Notes: a model not told the origin generated them from the letters alone. A stretch of DNA of 64,000 nucleotides from Polaromonas sp. (GCA_030655515.1 JAURVI010000020.1:43597-107596), one strand, 5' to 3'; shown: positions 40,030 through 50,359, numbered from the stretch's first letter. Numbers and translations are program-made.

Positions 40030-40063
40030 CGAAAGGAAAGACCATGCGAAAGGAAAGACCATG
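40030..40063 (+). repeat. 17-bp tandem duplication of RBS plus start codon
   Basis: CGAAAGGAAAGACCATG twice (40030-40046, 40047-40063). Confidence 0.85.
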
Positions 40064-42094
40064 CTTGCTAAACACCCGGTCCGCTTTATTGATGCCATCT
40101 TCCGCTGCCTGCGCAACAGCGCGCTACGCACACTGTTGCCCGCTTTTGTCGGTCTCGGGTGCCTGGCATCACCTGCGCTTGCCGAGGACTTGCGCGCAGA
40201 GGTGCTCACCGCCCTGCGCAAGGCCACGTACGAGGTGGTGGTGGAAAAGCCGAAGACAGATTCGCTGAGCTACGAAAAACCGCTCCCACTGGACCTCCTG
40301 CCCTACCGTGAACGCAACGACAAGTACGAGTCGATCGGCACAGCGTTCGCGCTCGCCAACGGCCAGTTCGTTTCCGCCGCGCATGTGGTGAGCCTCGGCG
40401 CCGACAGTGTGCGCCGGCGCATCCATCTGCGCAACGCCGAGGGCGTGATCGTGCGGCTCGACCGTGTCCTGAAGTTCTCGACGGCACGGGACTTTATCGT
40501 GTTCACCGTCAAGGACTACGTGCCTGCGGGCGTGCTCGAGCCGAGCGCCGCCCAGCGCAAGAACGACAAGATATTCACGGTGGGCAATGCGCTCGGCGAG
40601 GGCGTCATTGCGCGGGACGGCATGTACACCTCCGACACGCTGGAGGAAGAAGATGGGCGCTGGAGCTGGATTCGCTTTTCGGCCGCGGCCTCGCCCGGCA
40701 ACAGCGGCGGACCGCTGGTGGACCGCGACGGCCGCGTGATCGGCGTGGTGCTGCGCAAGTCGGAAAACGAAAACCTGAACTTCGCGCTGCCGATCAGTGA
40801 AGTACTGAAAGCATCGGCGGCGGCGGCCGAGATCAGCTCCAAGGTCATGTTCAAGCTGGACATCACCGACCGCACACTGCAGAGCAAGCTGGACCAGACG
40901 ATCGGCCTGCCGCTGGGCTACCAGGAGTTCGGGCAGGCGCTGCAAGCGATGAATAGCCGGTTCGTCGCCTCGTTGTCCGAACAGTTCAAAGCCGCCAACC
41001 GCGACGACATGTTTCCGGACTCGCCCGGGGCCCAGGGCCTGCTCTACCGCGCCACCTCCGCAGCCCCCTTCCCCCACGTGCTTGCAAAGCAGCGTGACGG
41101 CACCTGGGATGCCTCCCTGCCGAGCGAGCGGCGGCGGGCCGAAGTCGGCAAGAACGGCTCCCTGAGCTTCGGCACCATGGGCAACTTTGTCTATCTTCGC
41201 CTCCAGGCACCGGAGGACGTGCCGGCGGCGCAGATGCACGGTGACTCCAAGGCCTTCATGGACGTGCTGCTGCGCGGACTGTATTACAGCCGTTCGTTCG
41301 GTCCCGAGCGCGTGCGCATCACCTCGCTCGGACGTGCAAAAGAAGAGACCGTCCATATAGACGCCTACCAGCGCAAGTGGCAGGTGCGCCGGTGGTCGGT
41401 CGAGCACAGCGACGAGACGATCATCACCTACGCGCTGCCCCAGCCCGGCGGATACGCCATTTTGCTCAATGAAGCCGATGAGGCAGCGAGCGCCATGTAC
41501 GAGATCGACCTGAAGACGCTGACGGACTTCGTCTTCGTCACCTACTACGGCACGCTCAAGCAGTGGGCGGAGTTTCTCGCCGCACGCGACATGCTGCCCG
41601 CCGCCTTCGACTCGATCGCCATTGAGCCGGCTTACGGCAAGGAGTTTCGCTATCGCTCCAAACGACTGTCCTTCTCCTACCCGCACGATCTGATGAAGGT
41701 AACGCAAACCAGCGATCTTCACCTCAAATTCGCCTATTTCAAGGAGAATGGGCGCGTCGTATGGGACGTGACTTCGGTCGTGGCGGGGGAGGACAAAAAC
41801 ACATCGACATCGGTGTCGCTCAGCCGTCATTTACGTCCGCCAGAAACGCTGCCCGATTCGGACCGTCGCACCTGGGAGTCGCTGGTGGAACGCCGCTTGC
41901 CGTACACCGGTACGTCGTTTTTCGACAAATCCAGCACCATCATCGGGAGCCCCCATCCTGCGCAGCAGGGCGATATGCGTGATCCGTCCAGGCTGTACAG
42001 CATCGTCTACGCGGCAGACGGCACGCACGATGCGCCGACCATGGCGCAACGCCTGGCGCGCTTTCACCAAGGGATCAGCATTCACGAGCGGTAG
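40061..42094 (+). CDS. Secreted trypsin-like (S1) serine protease with large uncharacterised C-terminal region
   Basis: Signal-like segment ending ALA; SAAHVV (His), RDF (Asp), SPGNSGGPL (Ser). Confidence 0.85.
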   Translation: MLAKHPVRFIDAIFRCLRNSALRTLLPAFVGLGCLASPALAEDLRAEVLTALRKATYEVVVEKPKTDSLSYEKPLPLDLLPYRERNDKYESIGTAFALANGQFVSAAHVVSLGADSVRRRIHLRNAEGVIVRLDRVLKFSTARDFIVFTVKDYVPAGVLEPSAAQRKNDKIFTVGNALGEGVIARDGMYTSDTLEEEDGRWSWIRFSAAASPGNSGGPLVDRDGRVIGVVLRKSENENLNFALPISEVLKASAAAAEISSKVMFKLDITDRTLQSKLDQTIGLPLGYQEFGQALQAMNSRFVASLSEQFKAANRDDMFPDSPGAQGLLYRATSAAPFPHVLAKQRDGTWDASLPSERRRAEVGKNGSLSFGTMGNFVYLRLQAPEDVPAAQMHGDSKAFMDVLLRGLYYSRSFGPERVRITSLGRAKEETVHIDAYQRKWQVRRWSVEHSDETIITYALPQPGGYAILLNEADEAASAMYEIDLKTLTDFVFVTYYGTLKQWAEFLAARDMLPAAFDSIAIEPAYGKEFRYRSKRLSFSYPHDLMKVTQTSDLHLKFAYFKENGRVVWDVTSVVAGEDKNTSTSVSLSRHLRPPETLPDSDRRTWESLVERRLPYTGTSFFDKSSTIIGSPHPAQQGDMRDPSRLYSIVYAADGTHDAPTMAQRLARFHQGISIHER

Positions 42095-42239
42095 TCTCGA
42101 CTGCCTTGTCAAACACCTGAAAGGAGATGTCCATGAAGTGGCATCAGAAGCTGGCAGGAACCAGGCAAGATGAAAAAACCGGGTCGCGCCAGGAAATCCG
42201 GCAGATTGTGGACTCCATCAAGGTCCGGCATTGAATCAC

Positions 42240-42614
42240 ATGAAAAAATTACTGTTTTTTGCGTTGATTTTCCAATCAGGCCTGGCACTTTCTGCTGAGC
42301 GCTGGCCCGAGGATCATCGGCAATCAACCATGAATGGATGCCTGCTCGGCATGGTCAGTCACTACATGGCCCTTCTGAAAAAGCAGGGGCTGATTTCTGA
42401 TGCCGATGGTCAAGACAAAATTGAAGAAACTCGGGCGAAGGTGGAGAAAAGCTTCGCCGGGCCTTGCGAATGTGTTTTAGAAAAATATGAAAAAAAATAT
42501 TCGATTGATCAGATCGACGAACTTAAAAAAGACCGCGCGTATGTGCTTCAGTCTGTCAGGGCTTGTGCTGCAGCATCCCATGGCGACGGCAATCCGGTCA
42601 AGCGGGCGCAATAA
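42240..42614 (+). CDS. Hypothetical secreted Cys-containing protein (low GC)
   Basis: MKKLLFFALIFQSGLALSA signal peptide; C...CEC...C; AT-rich codons. Confidence 0.7.
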   Translation: MKKLLFFALIFQSGLALSAERWPEDHRQSTMNGCLLGMVSHYMALLKKQGLISDADGQDKIEETRAKVEKSFAGPCECVLEKYEKKYSIDQIDELKKDRAYVLQSVRACAAASHGDGNPVKRAQ

Positions 42615-42633
42615 GCCATCAACTCTGTAGCGA

Positions 42634-44052
42634 CTATTTCTGGGTTTTGACAGGCCGTCGCCAGTTGGCAATGCTCACCTGCTTGCCGCGGGCCACGCTC
42701 AAGGCGCCGGGTGCCGTGTCTTTGGTGATTGTCGAGCCGCCGCCGACGGTGCCGCCCCGGCCAATCGTCACCGGCGCCACCAGCACGCAGTTGCTGCCGA
42801 TGTGGACATCGGCCTCGATCACGGTGCGGTGCTTGTTGGCCCCGTCGTAGTTGGCGGTGATGCTGCCGGCGCCGTAGTTGACGCGCTCACCCACTGTGGC
42901 GTCGCCCAGGTAGGCCAGGTGGTTGGCCTTGGCGCCGCGGGCCAGCGTGGAATTTTTGACTTCGACAAAATTACCGATATGCACCTCTGCACCGAGCTGC
43001 GCACCGGGGCGCAGCCTGGCAAATGGGCCAATCAGCGCACACTCGCCCACCGTGACCGCGTCCTGGGCGCGCCCGCCGCCTTCGATGTGGGTGAACGGGT
43101 GAATCACGGTGCCGGCGGCAATCTGCGCATTGGCAATAAAACAGTTGGCGCCGACGCGCACGTCATCGCCCAGCGCCACCTGGCCTTCAAACACGCAATT
43201 GACGTCAATCTCGACGTCCTGCCCGCAGGCCAGCGTGCCGCGCACGTCAAAACGCGCCGGGTCGCGGATGCGCACGCCCTGCGCCATCAAACCGGCGGCC
43301 AGCCGCGCCTGAAACGCACGCTCCAGCTCGGCCAGTTGCACCGGGCTGTTGACGCCATCGACCTGCACCTTGTCGGCAATACAAGTGGCCACCACCTCGG
43401 CGCCGTCCTGCACAGCGAGATTGACGATATCGGTCAGGTAGTACTCGCCCTGGCTGTTTTTATTGGACAGGCGCGACAGCCAGTTCTTCAGGCGCGCGTT
43501 CGGCACGGCCATGACGCCGGTGTAAATCTCGTGGATCTCGCGCTGCTGCGGCGTGGCGTCCTTGTGCTCCACAATGCGCTGCACCGCCTCGCCCTGGCGG
43601 ACGATGCGCCCGTAGCCCGACGGGTCGGGCATGTGTACCGTCAGCAGCGCCAGACGTGTGCCGCCGCAGTCGGCCAGCAGGCCGCGCAAGGTGGCGGGCT
43701 CGATCAGCGGCACATCGCCATTGAGGACCAGCGTCACCCCGTCGTCGGGCAGGCAGGGCACGGCCTGCTGGACGGCGTGGCCGGTGCCGAGCTGGGGCTC
43801 CTGGCGCACAAAGCTCAAGGCCGGGGGAAAAGGAGCGCCTGGCGCGGCCTGGGGGAAAATGGCCGCTTCCACCTGCGCGGCGCCATGGCCGGTGACCACC
43901 ACCGCCTGGCGCGGCGACAACTGCACGATGCAGTCAACGACATGCTGCAGCAATGCACGGCCACCCAAACGGTGTAACACCTTGGGCAGCTTGCTTTTCA
44001 TGCGGGTGCCTTTGCCTGCGGCCATGATGACGACATCAACTGGAATTGCCAT
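42634..44052 (-). CDS. glmU: Bifunctional UDP-GlcNAc pyrophosphorylase / GlcN-1-P acetyltransferase
   Basis: AAGKGTRMKS, QLGTGHAV, EYYLTD, GNFVEVK, NYDGANKH. Confidence 0.97.
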   Translation of the reverse strand: MAIPVDVVIMAAGKGTRMKSKLPKVLHRLGGRALLQHVVDCIVQLSPRQAVVVTGHGAAQVEAAIFPQAAPGAPFPPALSFVRQEPQLGTGHAVQQAVPCLPDDGVTLVLNGDVPLIEPATLRGLLADCGGTRLALLTVHMPDPSGYGRIVRQGEAVQRIVEHKDATPQQREIHEIYTGVMAVPNARLKNWLSRLSNKNSQGEYYLTDIVNLAVQDGAEVVATCIADKVQVDGVNSPVQLAELERAFQARLAAGLMAQGVRIRDPARFDVRGTLACGQDVEIDVNCVFEGQVALGDDVRVGANCFIANAQIAAGTVIHPFTHIEGGGRAQDAVTVGECALIGPFARLRPGAQLGAEVHIGNFVEVKNSTLARGAKANHLAYLGDATVGERVNYGAGSITANYDGANKHRTVIEADVHIGSNCVLVAPVTIGRGGTVGGGSTITKDTAPGALSVARGKQVSIANWRRPVKTQK

Positions 44053-44118
44053 GAGATTTCCTGTGCATTTTCTGGACGGATCGGGTGCCGCGCTATTCGC
44101 ACGGCTCAGGCGGAATTA

Positions 44119-44463
44119 TCAGCCCAGCGCCGTTGACGCTGTCGGACTGCTGCCGGCCGGCAGCGGGTCCCAACTGAAATAGGCGGCAGCGCCTTGCGCT
44201 GCGTTCCACGACTCCATCACCAGGGCCTGGCCAGGCAAGAGCTTGAGCACGTCCCCCGCTCCCAGAAAGTGGTCGCCGCCGCGCGCGCCGTCGTCCTGTT
44301 GCGCGTTGTCAAACGTGACCCACACCCTGCCATGCCTGATGCGCAGCACACCGGGCTGGGTCGGCCGCAGGGTGAGCGCGCGGCCCTCGCCCAGCTTCCA
44401 GCAGCCCGACACCTGATCCGTGCCGGCCAATGTTTGCAAGCCATGGTTCGGCCGGTTGGTCAT
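44119..44463 (-). CDS. DUF2917 family protein
   Basis: LRIRHGRVWVT, GDHFLGAG; divergent from a LysR gene. Confidence 0.8.
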   Translation of the reverse strand: MTNRPNHGLQTLAGTDQVSGCWKLGEGRALTLRPTQPGVLRIRHGRVWVTFDNAQQDDGARGGDHFLGAGDVLKLLPGQALVMESWNAAQGAAAYFSWDPLPAGSSPTASTALG

Positions 44464-44575
44464 GCTGCTCTCCATCAGAAAAAACTGTGTTGGCAGCCAA
44501 TGGTCGCCGCCGGGTGCTTGGCAGTCCAATGAAATCGCGCTACGCTATTCATTCCGTAAACGCATCAATATGGTC

Positions 44576-45559
44576 ATGCAGCACTCACAAACCCATTTGC
44601 GCTCCCGTCCGATTTCGGCCGGCCAGTTGCGCGCCTTTGAAGCGGTCGCCCGGCACCTGAACTTTCGCGCGGCATCCGAAGAGCTGGCGCTGACCCAGTC
44701 GGCCGTGAGCCGGCAAATCCAGGCGCTGGAAGAAGACGTGGGGCTGAGCCTGTTTCACCGCCATACCCGCTCGGTCGAGCTGACGGGCGCCGGTGGCGTG
44801 CTGCTGCGCGCCGTCGCGCCCTCGCTTGAACGGATTGACGGCGCGGTGCGGCAGATTCGCCAGAGCGCGGGCCGCAAGAGTGTCTCGCTCACCACCTTCG
44901 CTTCGTTCGCCTCGATGTGGCTGATTCCGCGGCTCGAGGCTTTCCAGCACGACAACCCCGGCATGGACATCCGCATTGATGCGTCGGACGTCGCCATTGC
45001 GCTGGACACGTCAGACCTGGACGTGGCATTGCGCTACGGCCCGGCAGCCACCATGCCGGCGGGCGCGATTCGCCTGTTTGGCGAGCAACTGACCCCGGTG
45101 GCCAGCCCCTGGCTGCTCAAAAGCGGCCCGCGCCTGAAAAAACCCGAAGACCTGGCGCACTTTGCGCTGATCGAGGCGGGCGACTCGCACGCCACGCACA
45201 TGGCGTGGCTGACCTGGCGGCGCTGGCTGGAAGTGCATGGCACGCCCAAGCTGGAAGGCAAGCGCTGGCTCTACTTCAACTACGCCTACCAGATGGTGCA
45301 GGCAGCGCTGACCGGCCAGGGCATCGTGCTGGCCCGTCTGCCGCTGATCGCCGAAAGCCTGGCCTCGGGCGACCTGGTTGAGCCGCTGCCCCAACTGCGG
45401 CTGGATTCGCCGATGGCCTACTGGCTCATCGTCGGCTCACGCAGCGCGGCCCGGCCCGAGGTCAGGGCCTTCTGCGACTGGCTGCAGGCCCAGGGCGCCT
45501 TGACCCGGCAGGCGATTGGGGATGTGCCGGATCCGGATACGGCGGGCCGGCTGAATTGA
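44576..45559 (+). CDS. LysR family regulator (GcvA-like)
   Basis: LRAFEAVARHLNFRAASEELALTQSAVSRQI, WLIPRL. Confidence 0.93.
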   Translation: MQHSQTHLRSRPISAGQLRAFEAVARHLNFRAASEELALTQSAVSRQIQALEEDVGLSLFHRHTRSVELTGAGGVLLRAVAPSLERIDGAVRQIRQSAGRKSVSLTTFASFASMWLIPRLEAFQHDNPGMDIRIDASDVAIALDTSDLDVALRYGPAATMPAGAIRLFGEQLTPVASPWLLKSGPRLKKPEDLAHFALIEAGDSHATHMAWLTWRRWLEVHGTPKLEGKRWLYFNYAYQMVQAALTGQGIVLARLPLIAESLASGDLVEPLPQLRLDSPMAYWLIVGSRSAARPEVRAFCDWLQAQGALTRQAIGDVPDPDTAGRLN

Positions 45560-45566
45560 TGGCCAT

Positions 45567-45607
45567 CTCGGGGGCAGCGCAGTACGCGAAGCGACAAGCG
45601 CGGGGGC
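45567..45607 (+). repeat. REP-like ~45-bp repeat copy
   Basis: CTCGGGGGCAGCG...GCGCGGGGGC between convergent genes. Confidence 0.55.
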
Positions 45608-45610
45608 CGG

Positions 45611-46249
45611 CTACACCGGCCAGACCACCCCTTTGTCGCTGAGAATGGCGTCCAGCGGCACGTCATGCGGCTCGGGCGCCAGTTCAGGCAACCAGCCATG
45701 GCTGTAACCGAGCCCCACCGTCAGCGGGCGGGGCTGCAGCGTGGCCAGCGTGCGGTCATAAAAACCGCCGCCGTAACCGAGCCGGAAACCGCCCGGCCCG
45801 TAGCCGACACAGGGCACAAACAGCAGCGTCGGGACAATCACTTCGGTGTCTTTGGGTTTTGGAATGCCGTAGGCGTCTTCTTCCATCGGGCAGCCGGGGT
45901 ACCAGGCGTGAAAGGTCAGCGTTTTATGCGTCTTGTCCACCACCGGCAAACCAATCTTGCGGGGCGAGCGGCTTGTGATGCCTTCCGCCGCTGTTTGCGC
46001 AGCCCCATCGGGAACCAGCGGTATGCCCGGCTCGAAGAATTCGCCTAAAATGGCGTCTTCCTGCCAGCGGTACAGCGCGGGCAGCGGATCAAACTCCCCC
46101 TTGATCGGCCAGTAGGCCCCGATCACCGCATCGCCCCGGCCCACCAGCCAGATACGCATGACCCGTTGCAGCAAGTCGGCCCGCTGGAGTCGGTCCGGCA
46201 GGTTCAGGCGTTGCTCGATCAACCTTTTTCGCGCAGTTAATTTGTCCAT
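45611..46249 (-). CDS. 5-formyltetrahydrofolate cyclo-ligase
   Basis: YWPIKGEFD, YGIPKP, RLGYGGGFYDRTL, EPHDVPLD. Confidence 0.92.
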   Translation of the reverse strand: MDKLTARKRLIEQRLNLPDRLQRADLLQRVMRIWLVGRGDAVIGAYWPIKGEFDPLPALYRWQEDAILGEFFEPGIPLVPDGAAQTAAEGITSRSPRKIGLPVVDKTHKTLTFHAWYPGCPMEEDAYGIPKPKDTEVIVPTLLFVPCVGYGPGGFRLGYGGGFYDRTLATLQPRPLTVGLGYSHGWLPELAPEPHDVPLDAILSDKGVVWPV

Positions 46250-46258
46250 AATGTCCTG

Positions 46259-48289
46259 ATGCTATCCAAAATTCTTCTCACGGCCCTGATTCCGTGCCTG
46301 TTCTTGGTGATGCCCATGCCCACATGGGCTCAAAACAACGCCTCCCGCGGCGACGAGGTGTTGCTGGAGATGAGCCAGGCCTTCAAGCGCGGCGACAAGA
46401 AAAAGCTGGCGCAGTTGCTGCCGCAGGCCCGGGGCCACGCGCTGGAGCCCTGGGCGGCCTACTGGGAACTGAGGGTGCGGCTGGACGAGGCCGGTGCGCA
46501 AGAGGTGCAAGATGTCATGGCGCGTTATGCCGACAGCTACCAGGCAGACCGGCTGCGCAACGACTGGCTGCTGCTGCTGGGCCAGCGGCGCGACTGGAGC
46601 GCCTTTGCCGCCGAATACCCGAACTACCGGATGGGCGACGACAAGGACGTGCGTTGCTACGCGCTACTGATAGACCATCTGAAAAACCCCGGCGAAGATG
46701 CGCGTATTGCCGACGAGGTGCGCAAGAACTGGTTCGCCCAGCGCGAAGCCAGCGACGGTTGCCATGCCGCCGCCGCACGGCTGGTCGGCAGCAAAAACCT
46801 CACGGCGCAGGATGTGTGGCACAAGGCCAGGCTGGCGATGGAGGCGAATCGTCCGCGCGCCGTCCGCGACGCGGTCGAGATCATCGCGCCGGAAGCGCTG
46901 CACCTGGTGGCCGAGCTGAACACCAGCCCGGCCCGGTTCCTGGCCAACAAGATGATTGCGATCAGAAAGGTCCGCAAGGAAATCATCGTGCTGGCGCTGA
47001 TCAAGCTGGCCACCAGCGACATCGACGGCGCGGCGCGGATGCTCGACAAAAAATGGGACTTTCAACTGACCGCCGAAGAGCGCAACTGGGTCTGGGGGGC
47101 CATCGGCAAGCAGGCGGCAACCCGCCTGAGCAGCGACGCGCTGGGCTACTTTGCCAGGGTCGGCAAAGACAGCGACCTGAGCGACGACATGCTGGGCTGG
47201 AAAGTCCGTGCCGCGCTGCGCGCCGGCCGCGAACCGCGCTGGCCGCTGGTGCTGGGCGCCATCAACGCGATGAGCGAAGAGGCCCGCAAGGACCCGACCT
47301 GGGTCTACTGGAAAGCGCGCGCCCTGCTCAGCAACGCGCCGGCCACGGTTGCCAGCGCACCCGTCGCGCCGCAACGCGCCGAGGCCCTGGCCCTGCTGCA
47401 GTCGATTGCCTCGGTACGCGGTTTTTACGAGCAACTGGCCCTTGAAGAGCTGGGCCAGAAGATCACCGTGCCGGCCCGACCGGCCGCCCTGACGCCGGAA
47501 GAAAAAGAAACTGCGCGCCTCAATGCCGGCCTGAACCGCGCCGCCCAAGCCATCGCCATCGGCTTGCGCCCGGAAGGCGTGCGCGAATGGAACTACAGCA
47601 CCAACCTGCATCAGCGCGGCGGCATGAATGATCGCCAATTGCTGGCCGCCGCCCAGCTTGCCTGCGACCGCGCCATCTGGGACCGCTGCATCAACACCAG
47701 CGAACGCACCAGAACCGAGATCGACTTCGAGCAGCGTTTCCCCGCGCCGTTTCGTGAAACCGTGATCCAGCGCAGCCAGGGCATCGGCCTGGACCCGGCC
47801 TATGTCTATGGCCTGATTCGCCAGGAGTCGCGCTTCATCATGGACGCCCGCTCCGGCGTCGGCGCCTCGGGCCTGATGCAGGTGATGCCGGCCACCGCGC
47901 GCGAGACGGCGCGCCACATCGGCCTGGCGGGTTTCACCGCAGGCCAGATCAACGACACGGGCACCAACATCGTCATCGGCACCGCCTACCTCAAACGCGC
48001 CCTCGACGACTTCGGCGGCTCCATGCCGCTGGCCGCCGCCGCCTACAACGCCGGGCCGGGCCGTCCGCGCAGTTGGCGCGGACAAGCGGGAGCGCCGGTG
48101 CTGGAGGCCGCCATCTGGGCCGAAAACGTGCCTTTTGCCGAGACGCGCGACTACGTGAAAAAAGTGCTGTCCAACACCACCAACTACGCGGCATTGTTGA
48201 GCGGACAGCCACAGTCGCTGAAAGCCCGGCTGGGCAGCGTCGGGCCGCGCGATGCATCGGCACCGCCGCTGGACGAGAAAATGCCTTGA
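46259..48289 (+). CDS. slt: Soluble lytic transglycosylase (Slt70-like)
   Basis: IRQESRF, GASGLMQVMP, AAYNAGPGR, ETRDYVKKV. Confidence 0.93.
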   Translation: MLSKILLTALIPCLFLVMPMPTWAQNNASRGDEVLLEMSQAFKRGDKKKLAQLLPQARGHALEPWAAYWELRVRLDEAGAQEVQDVMARYADSYQADRLRNDWLLLLGQRRDWSAFAAEYPNYRMGDDKDVRCYALLIDHLKNPGEDARIADEVRKNWFAQREASDGCHAAAARLVGSKNLTAQDVWHKARLAMEANRPRAVRDAVEIIAPEALHLVAELNTSPARFLANKMIAIRKVRKEIIVLALIKLATSDIDGAARMLDKKWDFQLTAEERNWVWGAIGKQAATRLSSDALGYFARVGKDSDLSDDMLGWKVRAALRAGREPRWPLVLGAINAMSEEARKDPTWVYWKARALLSNAPATVASAPVAPQRAEALALLQSIASVRGFYEQLALEELGQKITVPARPAALTPEEKETARLNAGLNRAAQAIAIGLRPEGVREWNYSTNLHQRGGMNDRQLLAAAQLACDRAIWDRCINTSERTRTEIDFEQRFPAPFRETVIQRSQGIGLDPAYVYGLIRQESRFIMDARSGVGASGLMQVMPATARETARHIGLAGFTAGQINDTGTNIVIGTAYLKRALDDFGGSMPLAAAAYNAGPGRPRSWRGQAGAPVLEAAIWAENVPFAETRDYVKKVLSNTTNYAALLSGQPQSLKARLGSVGPRDASAPPLDEKMP

Positions 48290-48571
48290 GGGCGGAAAAA
48301 AGAGGCTTGGCGGGGGCGCACTGCGGCTGCGGCCCCTCAAGCCTTGACGCGCTGCGACACGAACTCGCCGTCGTAGTCTTTGGCCAGCGACAGCGTGCGC
48401 GGCGAAGCCGCGTTGGGTGTCGTGGCCGGTGCGCCGGGCTTCAAAAATATTCGTTTATGGATTATCCTGCCTGTTGAAAATTGTGCAGTCCTGCCGGGAT
48501 GGATGGGGACAATTTCCCGCCGTTTTTCATCCGTCGGCCCGAAGGCGTTTAATAAGGGCGATTTCTCACTC

Positions 48572-49561
48572 ATGAAAAAAATACTGATTCTGGGCGGCAC
48601 CGGTTTTGTCGGCCGCCACCTCTGCGAAAAACTGACGCAGCGCCAGTGGCGCGTCACGGTCCCGACGCGGCATGAGGCCAACGCCAGGGACATCCAGATG
48701 CTGCCCGCGCTGGACGTGTTTGAAGCCAATGTGCATGACGAGGCCGCGCTGACCCGGTTGGTCGCCGGACACGACGCGGTGGTCAACCTGGTGGGGATAC
48801 TGCATGGCACGCAGGACGCCTTCGACAAAGCGCATGTGTTGTTGCCGCAAAAACTGGCCCGCGCCTGCGCAACTGGCGGCGTTCAGCGCGTGATCCACAT
48901 CAGCGCGCTGGGGGCCGATGCGCGCAACCCGGACGGCGCGCCGTCCATGTATCTGCGCAGCAAGGGGCACGGCGAAGTGGCGCTGCACCAGGCCGACCTG
49001 GCCCTGACCGTGCTGCGGCCCAGCGTGATCTTTGGCGCCGAAGACAAATTCCTCAACACGTTTGCGCAGTTGCAAAAAATATTTCCGGTTATTCCGCTGG
49101 CCGCCAGCCACGCGCTGTTCCAGCCGGTGTGGGTGGAAGACGTGGCCCAGGCCATCGTGCATTGCCTGCAGGAGGCCCACACCCACGCGACGGCCGGCCA
49201 GACCTTCGAGGCCTGCGGCCCGGATATCTTCACGCTCAGGCAACTGGTTCAACTGGCGGGACGCTTTGGCGGCATCAACCAGGGCCGCGGGCGCCCGGTG
49301 ATCGAACTGCCCGCTGCGCTGGGCCGTTTGCAGGCGCGGCTGATGGCGCTGGCGCCGGGCGAGCCGCTGCTGAGCCGCGACAACCTGGACTCGATGAAAC
49401 TGCCCAACATCGCCAGCGGCAACCTGCCTGGCCTGCAGGCGCTGGGCATTGCGCCAGCGGCGCTGGAAGCGGTAGCGCCGACTTATTTGGGTCCAGTCAG
49501 CGGCGGCTGGGGCCTGCGCAGCAACCTGATGCTCAAACGCAAGACCGCGGGCCGGTTTTAG
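48572..49561 (+). CDS. NDUFA9-like NAD-dependent epimerase/dehydratase
   Basis: LGGTGFVG, NLVGIL, HISALGA, YLRSK, RPSVIFG. Confidence 0.9.
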   Translation: MKKILILGGTGFVGRHLCEKLTQRQWRVTVPTRHEANARDIQMLPALDVFEANVHDEAALTRLVAGHDAVVNLVGILHGTQDAFDKAHVLLPQKLARACATGGVQRVIHISALGADARNPDGAPSMYLRSKGHGEVALHQADLALTVLRPSVIFGAEDKFLNTFAQLQKIFPVIPLAASHALFQPVWVEDVAQAIVHCLQEAHTHATAGQTFEACGPDIFTLRQLVQLAGRFGGINQGRGRPVIELPAALGRLQARLMALAPGEPLLSRDNLDSMKLPNIASGNLPGLQALGIAPAALEAVAPTYLGPVSGGWGLRSNLMLKRKTAGRF

Positions 49562-49652
49562 CGCGCATCAATGCCGCGCTTTTTTTGCATCAATGCCGGG
49601 CCGGCTGCGCGGTAGCATGGCGTACCTTCAACTTGCAAAAACGGCAAGCGCC

Positions 49653-50336
49653 ATGCTCCAACTCTACATCGGCAATAAAAACTACTCGTCCTGGTCGATG
49701 CGGCCCTGGGTGCTGCTCAAGCAGACCGGCATTGCCTTTGAGGAAATCAAAGTGCGTTTTGATTCCTTCGAAGCCACCTCCGGCTTCAAGCAGGCCATCA
49801 ACGCCGTGAGCCCTGCCGGCAAAGTGCCGGTTCTCGTTGATGAGGGCTTTGCAGTTTGGGACACGCTGGCCATTGCCGAGTACCTGGCCGAACGGTTTCC
49901 GGGAAAAAACCTCTGGCCCGGCGAGGTCAAGGCTAGAGCCCGGGCCCGCAGCATCTGCGCCGAGATGCATGGCGGTTTCGGCGCCCTGCGCTCGGCCTGC
50001 TCGATGAATATTGAAGCCGACCTGGCCGCCGCCGGTGCGCTGATCTGGCGCGACAAACCCGCGGTGCGCGCCGACGTGCAGCGCATCGCGGCCATGTGGA
50101 GCGAATTGCTGGCGCAACACAAGGGCCCCATGCTTTTTGGCGATTTCAGCATTGCCGATGCTTACTTTGCGCCGGTGGCAATGCGTCTGAAAACCTACGC
50201 GCTGCCGGTTCCCAAGGAAATCAGCGCCTACATCCAGCGCCTGAGCGCCCTGCCCGGCATCAAGGCCTGGATGGACGATGCGCTGCTTGAAGACGACTTT
50301 CGCGACTTCGAAGAACCTTACCGGCTGTCGCGCTGA
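49653..50336 (+). CDS. Glutathione S-transferase family protein
   Basis: IGNKNYSSWSMRPW, KVPVL, AEMHGGF, FSIADAYFAPV. Confidence 0.92.
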   Translation: MLQLYIGNKNYSSWSMRPWVLLKQTGIAFEEIKVRFDSFEATSGFKQAINAVSPAGKVPVLVDEGFAVWDTLAIAEYLAERFPGKNLWPGEVKARARARSICAEMHGGFGALRSACSMNIEADLAAAGALIWRDKPAVRADVQRIAAMWSELLAQHKGPMLFGDFSIADAYFAPVAMRLKTYALPVPKEISAYIQRLSALPGIKAWMDDALLEDDFRDFEEPYRLSR

Positions 50337-50359
50337 CAACCAGCCCCTACACTGGGGGC

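Noticed and set aside
46200-46260. 6S RNA (ssrS) upstream of 5-formyl-THF cyclo-ligase
   Set aside because: Only 9 bp separate this gene from the divergent slt start, leaving no room.
48337-48470. Protein-like minus-strand tail (...RTLSLAKDYDGEFVSQRVKA*)
   Set aside because: It could be a gene remnant, but I cannot assign a family or a start; BLASTX is needed.
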